Below are positions 35,504-46,696 of a DNA stretch of 64,000 nucleotides, one piece after another; the first letter of the stretch is position 1; every line of letters begins with the position of its first letter. The notes under the pieces are model-generated. The model made no database searches, had not been told where the DNA came from, and was given only the letters and a program-made list of their open reading frames with translations. The position numbers and the translations under genes are program-made. The stretch is from NCBI GenBank assembly GCA_013265495.1, contig MU059000.1, positions 2,088,118-2,152,117 of the forward strand, given 5' to 3'. Source of the stretch: Vicugna vicugna. Its lineage: Eukaryota.

Positions 35504-35550
35504 GGGCTGTGGCTGTGGCTGGGCTGGGGCTGGGGCTGGGCTGGGGCTGG
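35504..35550 (+). repeat. GGGCT/GGGGCT G-rich tandem repeat
   Basis: GGGCTGGGGCTGGGGCTGGGCTGGGG at 35521-35546. Confidence 0.9.
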
Positions 35551-36229
35551 CCCAAAATTCTCCTTTATTCCCACGAACTCGGGTTTCTGCTTCAATTTCC
35601 TTTATGGTCCTCTAAAGACAAGACTGTAAGTTCTTGCATGAATCAGAAGAAGAAAATGTCCAAGATGCTTGTGAGGGAAAGGAGAGTGTGAAGTAGAATT
35701 AGATGGTTGAGAAAAGATCAGTTTCAAGCTGCCTGAGTCCACTGAATCGCTCCCCATTTGTACAAACAGGATGGGGCGATCCAGGCCAATTCGTGCTCCT
35801 ATCTTTGGGGAGTGATCGTGTGACAGTTCCTGAAGATATTTTAGCAGCCCCTCCCTGTCTCCACCCCTCCCGCCCCCAGTGAGGCACATCAGACCTGGAG
35901 GCTCAAGGACCCCACCTCTCCGGAAAGTGGAGAGGTGGGAGCTGGTTGCCTGTAAGCGAGCAAGCTATGCGAAGAATTTGTAGAGGACACAGAAGTTCAC
36001 GAATGGAATGGCCTCCAAACTCCCCAAAGAATCTCATTTCTGATCTTCCTTTGTGTTGTAGAACACGGTCTGGAAGCACAGCCAGCCAATGAAAAGACAA
36101 AGCCCACTTTCCACGAGGGAGGGCCCTTCTCCACGGACGCCCTTCCTCTTAGATGCTTGCAAATTGATGATCTGCTGGCCCTCGAAGTGTGAACTCTCCC
36201 TCGAATCTCCCATTGGCCGCCCTGCCCCA

Positions 36230-36990
36230 CGGGCGACACCGAACTCTCTGATGGCGGCCTCCCCTCGTGAGGCCAGCTGTGGACAGGCGGCCCAGGCAAG
36301 GTGGTGGGAGAGGAGAGGACGTTCAGGCCGAGGGAGTGGCCAGAGCGGGGAGCCGCCCGCAAACACTGAGCGAGGCCCCTCCGGCCCCCTCACAGCCCTG
36401 GGAGTTCCAGACGGCCCCCAGGCCACATCTGACCCCAGATTTACGAACAGGACCCCTGGGGCCGGGACGCAGACACCCGTGATCCCGCGTGCAGCCCCGT
36501 CCGAGCAGCTGGGGTGCAGGGGGCGAGCCCGAGGAAGGGCCAGCGGGGAGGCCGAGGGCTGGCGAGGGGAAGGCCGGGAGGAGGTGGCGGGCCCGTCCAT
36601 GAACCTCCCGCTCCCGGCCGGGTGCTGCAGGTGAGTAAGGAGCGGGAAGAGGAGCACAGGGCGGCAGGGCAGACACCGACGGCCGGACAGGAGACGGCAG
36701 CGTCTGCTCCCACTCCGGACACAGGGAGGCTCCGGAGCACGCAGGACGGGGGCTGAGGTAGTGGAGGAAGTGACCCAGGACACTGCGGAGAGGGACAGCT
36801 TCGCGAGCAACGGGGGCGACGCGCGAACGGCGGGTCACGACGACTCCACGCAGCCTCGCGGGCTTCCCCCGATGCTGTGCGAGGTGTGCCAGCCGGGACC
36901 AGCCCCGGCCCGGCAGCCCGGGGCCCCGCACGGTGCTGTTGCCCCGGCCGTGGGGACGTTGCTCCATGCCGGTGAGCAAGACTCATCATC
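36230..36990. promoter_or_regulatory. CpG island; candidate promoter and first exon of a plus-strand transcript
   Basis: High CpG and GC; consensus donor CAG|GTGAGT at 36631. Confidence 0.6.
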
Positions 36991-37959
36991 TCCAGGCCTG
37001 CAGGACCCACACCCACGTCTTAGGGCCCCAAACAGGCTCCATCAGCACCATGGACGTATCTACAGGCTGGCTGTCTTCTCCAGACCAAAATCTAGACACG
37101 TGAACCAACCGTGAATTTTTATAACACTTCAGGTATAATCTCAGGGACATCACTTGGATAAAAAGCTCAAAAAACACTGAAGTCTCTAAGTCCTTTTTAC
37201 TTTTCATGTGAATATAAGGATAGAGTGTTTAAAATAGGGCTATCCTAGCAAATGCTGGAAGCATAATGTCCACAATCATATGTGACACGTACTGTTTACT
37301 CGGTAGAAAATGCTTTTGAAAACGCTTGCCAGAAATGACGTTGATGTGCGCAGAAGGAGGAATAAGCTCTCTTGTTCTTACAAACACAGAGATGTAGCCG
37401 CCCAGGCTAATTCAGCTCTGCTCTGCGCTCTCTGTCACGCTATTTTAAACTCATTATATTTAATTGTTATCATCAAAACTTAGCGTGATTCAGTTTCACA
37501 AAGTGGATTCTTCCCCAGTCTTCCGCAGTCTTTCACAATTCAGCTCTACACAAAGTTGTGCTGAGAGAGGAAGGAGGAACCAAGACGTAAAGGCGTACCC
37601 AGAAACGACAGAATAAAGCCCTCTGATTCTGTCTACAATAACAAAGAGACTTGAGCTATGAATTAAAGCTACGGGGAAGAAACCCAGCCCCGTCGCTGCA
37701 AATTTAGGTAAGTTTTCAGCCTTCCATCCGTTTGCAGATTTGTTTCAGTTAAGGGTACCGGTACATCACAGCCCTGAACAAGACCGCTGAGCGGAGTGCT
37801 GGGGCCCCGGCTGGCCGTGCCCTCACGCTTTCTGTGGGACCAGCAGCCCTTCCTTCCTGGGTCTCAGATGCCTCTCTGTCTCGTGAGCCGTGAATAAGGA
37901 ATGTTTCTCTACCCTTTTGCCCCTTGGAGTCTCGTTGGGAGATTTTCAAACACATCAGT

Positions 37960-38072
37960 GCCTCTGGAAATTTCCAGAACTCTTAAATTGGACTCTGGTA
38001 GTTAAGGGCATCAATATTTTTTAAAAGCTCCCCAAGTAGTTCTAATGCGTTGCCAGAGATGAGAATTGCTGG
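37960..38072. mobile_element. MER5-like hAT MITE fragment
   Basis: ATCAATATTTTTTAAAAGCTCCCCAAGTAGTTCTAATGCGTTGCCAGAGATGAGAATTGCTG. Confidence 0.7.
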
Positions 38073-38146
38073 ATGAACTAGACACCTTCTAGGTTCTCTT
38101 TTATTTTTATTTCCCGAGGATCTATTTTTCTTTTTTTCTCACTCCC

Positions 38147-38406
38147 CTTTTTTTAATTGAAGTACAGTCGGTGTACAGTGTTGTTAATTTCTAGTGTACA
38201 GCATAGTGATTGCTTTTCATGTTCTTCTCCATTAGAGGCTGTCACAAGGTATTGCGTACCATTCCCTGTGCTGTGCAGTAGGCCCTTGCTGTGTATCTAT
38301 TTTATATATAATGGTGTGTATCTGCAAATCTCAGACTCCCAATTTATCCTTCCACATGCCCCTTTCCCCCAACCCTGCTTCCCTCTCTGGTAATCCCATG
38401 TTTTCT
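38147..38406 (-). mobile_element. Cetartiodactyl-type L1 3' UTR fragment
   Basis: TTTTTTAATTGAAGTACAG...TTCCCTGTGCTGTGCAGTAGG...CTCCCAATTTATCC. Confidence 0.85.
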
Positions 38407-39845
38407 TTTTAAAATTAGATTCTTTAAGCCTAATTTCACGGGTCACTTCTCCCTCAGACTCTCAGTCTAAAGAGAAAATCCGGAACAGCGCGAGCTTCCC
38501 CCTGCCTCCAGGAGCCACGCACACGCAGAGACAGCGCACCCAGGGGTCGAGCCCAGTGTCTAAGTGCGGGCTCCCGCGTCGTGATGATTTGGCTATTTTA
38601 ATAAGAAATTCTAAAGAGCTTCTAAGAGGTGTTAGGGGCTCACGGGTGCACTGAGAGGTCCCCAGGTGAGCAAGAAGACAAGGAAAGCAACGGAGCCCTG
38701 GGCTGGGGACGCTGAGCTGTGCGGCGGCTGTCGCTAACCTTCATGCCAGTGGAGTGAGCCGTTCCTCTCAACACAATAGGACCTCTGCCACTTTGAAGAT
38801 AAGCTCGAGCAGCCTGCTGAAAGCAATAATTCTGCACTTTCTTTCCTGTTTCTAGATTTATTTTAAGTATTAGTATAAAATGTCAGAGCAGCTGATAGCA
38901 GCCAGATCAGTTTGTATAAAACTTGCCTGCCTGTTTGTGGTATATTACGGCTATATTTGACACAGGAAAGCACTCAATCACGCGTGCTATCAGCAGGCCA
39001 CACCCACCTTTGTGAGGACCCTCCGGGGCCGCGAGATTTATCACTGTGAACTTGAACTGGATGGACAGGCCCTGATGGATAACACAGGCTGCTTCTGAGA
39101 AGTTGGGGCTAAAAGTGACCGTCCACAGCCCAAGTGCCAAGAGAAAGGTCAGGAGATCACAGCCGCCTCCCAGGGATGGCCTGAGTGTCTCCCACCTATG
39201 CCCGGACTCTTATCTCAAGCTGCTGAAATGGTGTGAGTGTAAATATGATGATTTTGTAACTGTGGGACCCTCTCTATGCCCCAATTTGCCTCCAAAATGG
39301 CCTTTTCTGCACCTTTAACCACCTTTTCCTCTGCACGCAAGCTGATATGTGGTTCTGCTTCGAGAGGCAAGGCTAGCATCTTAGCTGTTCCCCGTCCTCT
39401 TTCCCCAGGGGTCACAGCACCTGGGAGGCTGGCACCATGGGCAGGAGGGGGTGGGTGGTCACTGTCTCCAGTTTACATCCTGGACACCTGAGGCCTGTGC
39501 TGGAGGTGAGTGAGCTGACCACTGGGGAGCCCAATCCAGAAGTCCCTGCCCTGCGGCCTTCCTCTTATTACACGGGAAGCACTCAGGCCAGGCCATCTGG
39601 TGTCCGCATTTGACCTGAAATCAAGAAATCTGGGTTCCACTCTTGGTTTCCACTTTCTGTGGTCAATATGTGCCCTTCCCCAGATCACCTGTGACGTCAG
39701 CTTCCACCTCTGAGATGAGGGTGACTGCGCCCATGTACCAACAGGGATGGGCCGGGATGGAGGTGCTTATCTCAGAGGGTTGGTGTGGGACGGGAAAACA
39801 CTATCACGTTGTCATTAATTATGGATATTTTAAACACCTGTCTGG

Positions 39846-40038
39846 GGCGAGGGGGCAGGCATAGCTCAGCGCTAGAGTGCCTGTTTCACTTGCTTGAGGT
39901 CCTAGGCTCCACCCCTCAGTACCTCTTCTAAAAATAAATAAGTAAAACAAATTACCTCCCCTACAAAAGAAGGAAGAAAGAGAAAGAGAGAGAAAGAAAG
40001 GAGGGAAGGAAGGAAGAGAGAAAAAGAAAGAAAGAAAG
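39846..40038 (+). mobile_element. vic-1-like SINE whose tail became a GA-rich microsatellite; 13-bp TSD
   Basis: Head GGCATAGCTCAGCGCTAGAG. TSD AACACCTGTCTGG (39833-39845) and AACACCTGTTTGG (40039-40051). Confidence 0.88.
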
Positions 40039-40374
40039 AACACCTGTTTGGAATTACACTCTGAAACCAGACTGACTGGTCACAGCCTGGCTCTTCCAAC
40101 GCGCTTCCTAACCCTCCCCTCACTTCAGTTTCCTCATTTGCAGAACAGCAGTGGTAGAATCCCATTGTTTTGTGTTTGTCTGTTTATCCTCTCTATTATG
40201 GCCATTTTTCAAACATATTTTTAATGGCAGAGGGAACAGCAGAATGAACTACAGAAATCCATGCATCACCTTGTCCTAAACATTTTTCCTAAATCCCTCT
40301 AAACTAAGTCTCTCTGACTAATTAGGTCGTGCGCTTTCTAACAAGCGCTGTTGTCACACGCAGCAAAATTAGTA

Positions 40375-40501
40375 ATTTTTAGATTTAATTTGGGGGTGGT
40401 AATTAGGTTTATTTTTTTTTTTTTTAACAGAGGTACCGGGGATGGAACCCAGGACCTTGTGCACGCTAGGCACGTGCTCTACCACTGAGCTGTCCCTCCC
40501 C
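40375..40501 (-). mobile_element. vic-1-like SINE
   Basis: GTAATTAGGTTTATTTT...GGAACCCAGGACCTTGTGC...CTACCACTGAGCTGTCCCTCCCC. Confidence 0.9.
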
Positions 40502-40878
40502 GCTGACGATAATTCATTAACATCATCTGAATATCTAGTCCGTAGCCCATTTCCCCAGCTGTCTCAAAGATGTATTTTAGAGCTGGTTTAGTCATTCAGA
40601 CTGTGAATACGGTTTGCATGTTGAATGTGGTTACTGTAGATCGTGAGCCACGTTTATTCCATAACAGTTCTCTCTCTCTCTCTCTCTCCCTCTTTTCTAA
40701 TCACCACCTTGTTTTGTTGGAAGACCCACATCATTTATCTTGTGGATGTGGCACATCTGGAGGAGGCCGATTGCTTCCTTCTGCTGGTAGCTTCTCCCCC
40801 TCCGGCTTCAGCGTGGGTTCTGTCGTGGGTTTGACGGTGAGGCGCACACACGTTAATGCCTGTGAAGCACTTAGCACA

Positions 40879-41267
40879 GCGCTGGCTGGCGAGGGCGCGA
40901 CAAGGAGGTCTCACAGGCTGGCGGCTTCAACAACAGAACTCATGATGTCACGGCTCTGAAGGCCGCAAGTCCAGGCATTCGAAGGGTCGGTTCCCTCTGA
41001 GGACCGTGGGGGAAGGGTCCGCTCCAGCCTTCTCTCCTTGGCTCGTGTCTCCACCTCATCTTCCCTTTATCTGTGTCTGTCTCTGTGTCCAAACCTTCCC
41101 TTCCTATAAGGACACCAGTCATATTGGACTAGGACCCACCCTAATGACCTCATCTTAGCTAATCACGCCTGCAACAACCCAATCTCCAAATAAGGTCACC
41201 TTCTGAGGTGTTGACGGTCAAGACTTCAACACATGCATTTTGTGCGGACACAGTTCAACCCATAACA
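40879..41267. mobile_element. MLT1A/B-like MaLR solo LTR inserted in a MIR, with perfect 5-bp TSD
   Basis: TAAGGACACCAGTCATATTGGACTAGGACCCACCCTAATGACCTCATC...TTCAACCCATAACA. TSD GCACA at 40874-40878 and 41268-41272; MIR sequence continues on both sides. Confidence 0.9.
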
Positions 41268-41924
41268 GCACAATACCTGGCACGCTGTAAAATTTCTATA
41301 CATATTAGCTAAGTTGTCAATAATTCCATCATTACCATGTTACACTGTTACTCATTTAAGGATTAAATGAGTCATTGCGTGTAAAACATTGCGCATAATA
41401 CCCAGCCCGTAGTGAAATTTCTATAAATATTAGCTATGAAGTTGTGATGTGTCATAGTGTTACTTATTTAGTAACTGTTTTTAATACTAGTTTATACTGA
41501 CGTTTAGAATGAGACTGCTTTGGTAATTTTTAATACTAAATTCATAAGACTCAGTAAGAATGTGCCACAGGGCTAAATACATCTTAATAGGCAGGGGACA
41601 GGAAGAGGGCTGAAAACTGGGAGACCAGAGGGAAAGGGGGGAGCTGCTGGACCCCCGCTTGGGGACGGTCCAGTCGTAGCTCTCCTGTGTCACCAGCCAC
41701 GCCACCCTGCACAAGCTGCTGCTTTTTGTCCAGACACCTTCTCTCTAAAGTGACCAAACATGAAGTGTCCTCTAAGCCCCTTTCACTTCTGAAATTCTGG
41801 GTTCTGTAAGGAAAAATACGGTGAAAGCTATGGCAAGCAGCTGCCGTCTACAGCATCACAAATATTCCGCTGTGCTTGTGGCATCACCGAAAATTTGCCA
41901 GTTATTAGGCAGTAGATCGTTCTT

Positions 41925-43057
41925 TTTTTTAACATTTTTTATTGACTTATAATCATTTTACAATGTTGTGTCAAATTCCAGCGTTCAGCACAATTTTTCA
42001 GTCATTCATGGACATATACACACTCATTGTCACATTTTTTTCTCTGTGATTTATCATAACATTTTGTGTATATTTCCCTGTGCTATACAGTGTAATCTTG
42101 TTTATCTGTTCTACAATTTTGAAATCCCAGTCTATCCCTTCCCACCCTCTACCCCCCTGGTAACCACAAGTCTGTATTCTCTGTCCATGAGTCTATTTCT
42201 GTCCTGTATTTATGCTTTGTTTTTGTTTGTTTGTTTGTTTTTGTTTTTTAGATTCCACATATGAGCGATCTCATATGGTATTTTTCTTTCTCTTTCTGGC
42301 TTACTTCACTTAGAATGNNNNNNNNNNNNNNNNNNNNNNNNNNNNNNNNNNNNNNNNNNNNNNNNNNNNNNNNNNNNNNNNNNNNNNNNNNNNNNNNNNN
42401 NNNNNNNNNNNNNNNNNNNNNNNNNNNNNNNNNNNNNNNNNNNNNNNNNNNNNNNNNNNNNNNNNNNNNNNNNNNNNNNNNNNNNNNNNNNNNNNNNNNN
42501 NNNNNNTCCTGAAGTAGATTTCCTTCTGGGTACAAGCCCAGGAGTGGGATTCCTGGGTCATATGGTAAGNNNNNNNNNNNNNNNNNNNNNNNNNNNNNNN
42601 NNNNNNNNNNNNNNNNNNNNNNNNNNNNNNNNNNNNNNNNNNNNNNNNNNNNNNNNNNNNNNNNNNNNNNNNNNNNNNNNNNNNNNNNNNNNNNNNNNNN
42701 NNNNNNNNNNNNNNNNNNNNNNNNNNNNNNNNNNNNNNNNNNNNNNNNNNNNNNNNNNNNNNNNNNNNNNNNNNNNNNNNNNNNNNNNNNNNNNNNNNNN
42801 NNNNNNNNNNNNNNNNNNNNNNNNNNNNNNNNNNNNNNNNNNNNNNCTTCTGCCCATTTTTGGATTGGGTTGTTTATTTTTTTCTTATTGAGTCGTATGA
42901 GCTGCTTATATATTCTGGAGATCAAGCCTTTGTCGGTTTCACTTGCAAAAATTTTCTCCCATTCCGTAGGTTTTCTTCTTGTTTTACTTCTGGTTTCCTT
43001 TGCTGTGCAGAAGCTTGTAAGTTTCATTAGGTCCCATTTGTTTATTCTTGCTTTTAT
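41925..43057 (-). mobile_element. Relatively young 5'-truncated L1 (about 1.13 kb) with 17-bp TSD
   Basis: ORF2 C-terminus is open in one frame in the visible parts ([17 protein letters not shown]...NPIQKWAE...LPYDPGIPLLGLYP...ILSEVSQKEKEKYHM). Poly(T) near 41925. TSD GGCAGTAGATCGTTCTT (41908-41924) and GGCAGTAGATAATTCTT (43058-43074). The minus-strand target TTTTC/AAGAA is L1-endonuclease-like. Confidence 0.95.
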
Positions 43058-43082
43058 GGCAGTAGATAATTCTTGAAAAGCA

Positions 43083-43298
43083 GGACACTGAGATGGGTGA
43101 CAGGCGGGACACTGAGGTGGGTGACATGAAGGACACTGAGATGGGCGACAGGCGGGACACTGAGGTGGGCGACAGGCGGGACACTGAGATGGGCGACAGG
43201 CGGGACACTGAGATGGGCGACAGGTGGGACACTGAGATGGGTGACAGGTGGGACACTGAGGTGGGCGACAGGCAGGACACTGGGATGGGTGACATGAG
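43083..43298 (+). repeat. 24-bp minisatellite (VNTR), 9 copies
   Basis: Consensus GGACACTGAGATGGGYGACAGGCG. Units start at 43083, 43107, 43131, 43155, 43179, 43203, 43227, 43251 and 43275. Followed by inverted AGTGTCC (43299-43305). Confidence 0.97.
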
Positions 43299-44874
43299 AG
43301 TGTCCGAGGATGAAGGCACAGCCCACCTTCCAAGAAGCAGACAGAGTCGAGTCAGGAATACAAGACACAGGTAAGTCACAAAATGCACACATACTGGTCA
43401 CTTGTGTCCTGTCATTTAGGATGCTGTCTGCAGCACATCGTAGAAAATTCCAACTTTTAATTTGATTGAATGAATAAAATAAATGTATTTTCTCGCTTAC
43501 CAAGAAGTCTAGAAACAGGGTGATTCTGGGGCTGGTTAATGTAATAGGTGAGGATTTCACCCTGAACGAGGGTCCTTCCCACCCTCCCCCTCTGCTGTCC
43601 AGGCGTGCTGGCCTTGCCTGGAGCTCGTCCCCTCTCGGACACAAGAGGCCCAGCCACTGGCTGCGGCACATTAGGGGGAAAGAACAGGGCCCGGTGGCTC
43701 CATGTGTCTTTCTTTCATTTTTATGGAAAGAAAATCACACTTGGGTCTGCCCCCCACCCCACTTTCTCTACGTCTCACCTCTCAGAATTATGTCACCACA
43801 AGACGAGGGACACCAACCTGAGCGCTTGGACCAATCGAGATTCCATGCCTGGACCTGGGGAGGGAGCCCTGGACACCAGACACCCAGACAAAATCTGGAT
43901 TCCGTCACCAAAGGGAAAGGGAGGCAGGGGAGGAGGGCCCTGAGGGGGACAGTCAGCAGAGCGGCTGTCACACGCACACTGTCACCAGCACGCCCATGTG
44001 GCGCTGTTCAGCCCCAGCCCAGGTGTTTAGACTGATCTAAACCTGGACGACAGAGCGTCCGAGAGTCTCCCGTCGCTTTGCAGGAGAAGGAAAACACCGC
44101 GCCCCCCGGAGCCCAGCCCCGAGCGCAGCTCTTGGGTCAGAGCAGCCGCCGCTCACCGCGGCTCCCGGGTGTGCAGCCCCCGTGTGAGGTCCATGCTAAG
44201 CGCCCCGGGCCCGCCAGCGCCTTCAGCCCTCACCCCAGGCCTGCCGAGGGAGGTCTCACCCCCTGGCACAAGTGAGAGGAAACAAAACCCAAAACTCTGC
44301 TCCAAGGAGCCAGTCCTCGGAGCCCTGCCCTTCCAGGTCACATCTCTGCTGCAGAATTCCCAGGACAAGCGCGCGGGCACTTCTAGGTCTGTGTGTGACA
44401 ATGTGGCGGGGGGGGGGCCAGCTGCGTGCCCCCACAGGCCCTGTGCAGCTGCAGGACACGAGGCTGAGGCTGGGTGGAGAGGCGTCCCAGAGAGCTTGTC
44501 CGGGGCCGACGCTGGACCCCCTGGGACTAGGGAGCTGGCGTGACAGGGGCTTCCTTCTCTTTCTGCCCAGGAAAGTGGATTCTCAGCGCTGCTGACTGCA
44601 GGGGGACAAAGGGAGCTGACCTGTAGGACTATCGGACACACGCGCCAAGGGGCAGATTATTTTATGAAGCTCCTCTTGAGGAAATCTGGAACCCCCGCTG
44701 CATCCACCCCAATTACAAGTGACACGGTCCGAGCTGCCCTTCACAACGTGCCCCGCGCCCCCTACGGCCGTCTCTGACACCCGAGGTGGCGCTGCCCCTC
44801 TCAGTGGTGACACAGCCTGTGGCCGAGCGCCGTCCCAGAGCACTCTCCACGATGTGGAGATGCCCCAGGTCCGC

Positions 44875-45025
44875 CTGCCCAGCGCAGTAGCTACGAGCCA
44901 CAGGGAGCGACTGAGCACGTGAGGTGTGGCCAGTGTGGCTGAGGAGCTGACTCTTTAGTTCTAACTAATTTCAGTTAAAATTTCAGGAGCGACGTACAGC
45001 TGTGGCTCCCGTGGTGAACGGGGCA
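44875..45025. mobile_element. MER3/MER33-like MITE, GC-shifted
   Basis: GTAGCTACGAGCCACAGGGAGCGACTGAGCACGTGAGGTGTGGCCAGTGTGGCTGAGGAGCTG. Confidence 0.65.
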
Positions 45026-46484
45026 GGTGGAGGTGTGCAGGGACTGGCCCCGGTTTATTGCTCTAGTGAGCTTGACTCCCCTCTTTGTGCAAACCGACTG
45101 CAACAGGAATTCTCCCCGGGTGCCTTGAGTTAACCATCAGCCCGACCTGAACGCTGGAAACGCCGTTCTGTGGTGAACACTTCTCAAGTCTGCATGCAGT
45201 TAAGGGGAAGGAACCAAAAATAGTTGAAATCAACTTTCCCTTGTGTCAATTCGGGCTGAATGTACTGAGCCAGAGCGTGTCGCACACCCCCTCACTGGGT
45301 GCAGTTTTCCACTCGGGCTGCGTGCCAAAGGATGAACTTCTGAACCCAGTAACGCAACTGCTGAGAAACCCTGTTCACTGAGGTGCGTGGCCGTAACTGT
45401 CCTCCCACTTCTGGGAGAAAAAACAGAATCAGAGGCTCTCTTGTGATTCACTCTGGTAACCATAATTTCTGGGAAGTTCTAGGCACGCAACAGAAATCGT
45501 CATCTGACACCATTCCCACTGGTCAAGCCGGGCCAGGCCGTGGAGGGGACGCGGGGACAGGAGGGGGAGGATGGGCAGGGATGGGCTTGCATTCGTGCAA
45601 TCTCCTGCTTTTACGGAAAAGGGGACGAGGGAAGAGGGTCAGAGCAAGTCCCCGGGGAAAACACCGCACGCCTGGTGTGCGGGTACGCCTCGCTCCCTGT
45701 TCCTCGCAGCAAGCCCTTCATCCTAGCAAACCAGAGACTGTTTCTTCATCCAGCTCTCTGCCCACTGAGGGGTCTCGGAAACGCCGGAGAAGACCTGCCA
45801 ATGACCACATCCCCTCTCCCACCCAGCCGTCACCTCCAGGATGCTCGGGTCACTCGGTGGCGTGAAGCCGAGGGACTTCCAGCAAGAACCTTCGTATCTC
45901 ACAGGCTGCCTCCAGATAGGTCCCTTCCTTCCTGGACAGATAGGCGGGTAGGCTTGCCGGGCAGGTGACCCTCACCTCCACCCCGGATTCGGTCAGATGT
46001 AGTCAGAAACTTCACTTCATCACCATTATTAATAGCTGGGTGTGCTCGCGCTTCCTGGAGAACACGATAAGCCCCACGCAGAATCAGGAGGAAGCAAATC
46101 CATGACTCAGCACCTTTCCCCGCTGCTCGACCGCCCGAGAGCGTTTCCTGTTCGACCTGAGGGTGTCTGTGGGGTCTGGGACTCTTGCCCAAAGTCTGCT
46201 TGAAGATTGAACACGGTGTGGGACAAGGGTGTGCAGCGCTGAGACGCAGAAGGACGGCACAGAGCCTCCCTGTCACAGCGCTCGGAGGCCCCACCCCGGC
46301 CCCCGGCCCCCGGCCGCCTCCCGGACTTAGCTGCAGCACCAGCTTCTCCTTCCTGAACTCCAATTGTTTTTTTGTTTTTGTTTTTTTGAAGAGAATGACT
46401 CAAATTAATTACTAAATTTTTTCCCCATCTTTGGACCATGTTCCATTTCCTAGGATTCAAATTGTAATGAAAATTTTCACTCTT

Positions 46485-46560
46485 TTTTTTTTTAATTTTA
46501 GGATAGTCAGTTACAATGTGTCAGTTTCTGGTGTCCAGCATTATGTCCCAGTCATAACGT
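46485..46560 (-). mobile_element. Short L1 3'-end fragment
   Basis: Poly(T) followed by GATAGTCAGTTACAATGTGTCAGTTTCTGGTGTCCAGCATTATGTCCCAGTCAT. Confidence 0.8.
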
Positions 46561-46565
46561 CACTC

Positions 46566-46696
46566 TTTGTTTTGTTTGGGGGGGTAGGTAATTAGGTAAT
46601 TTATTTATTTACTTTTAGTGGAGGCACTGGGGATTGAACCCAGGACCTTGTGCATGCTAGGCACACACTCCACCACTGGGCTATACCCTTCCCTCC
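46566..46696 (-). mobile_element. vic-1-like SINE
   Basis: GGTAATTAGG...GGAGGCACTGGGGATTGAACCCAGGACC...CCACTGGGCTATACCCTTCCC. Confidence 0.92.

Noticed and set aside
35504-35550. Immunoglobulin switch region
   Set aside because: Under 50 bp, and no Ig constant exons are present.
43083-43298. CRISPR-like repeat array
   Set aside because: The units are contiguous 24-mers with no unique spacers, there are no cas genes, and the DNA is mammalian. It is a minisatellite.
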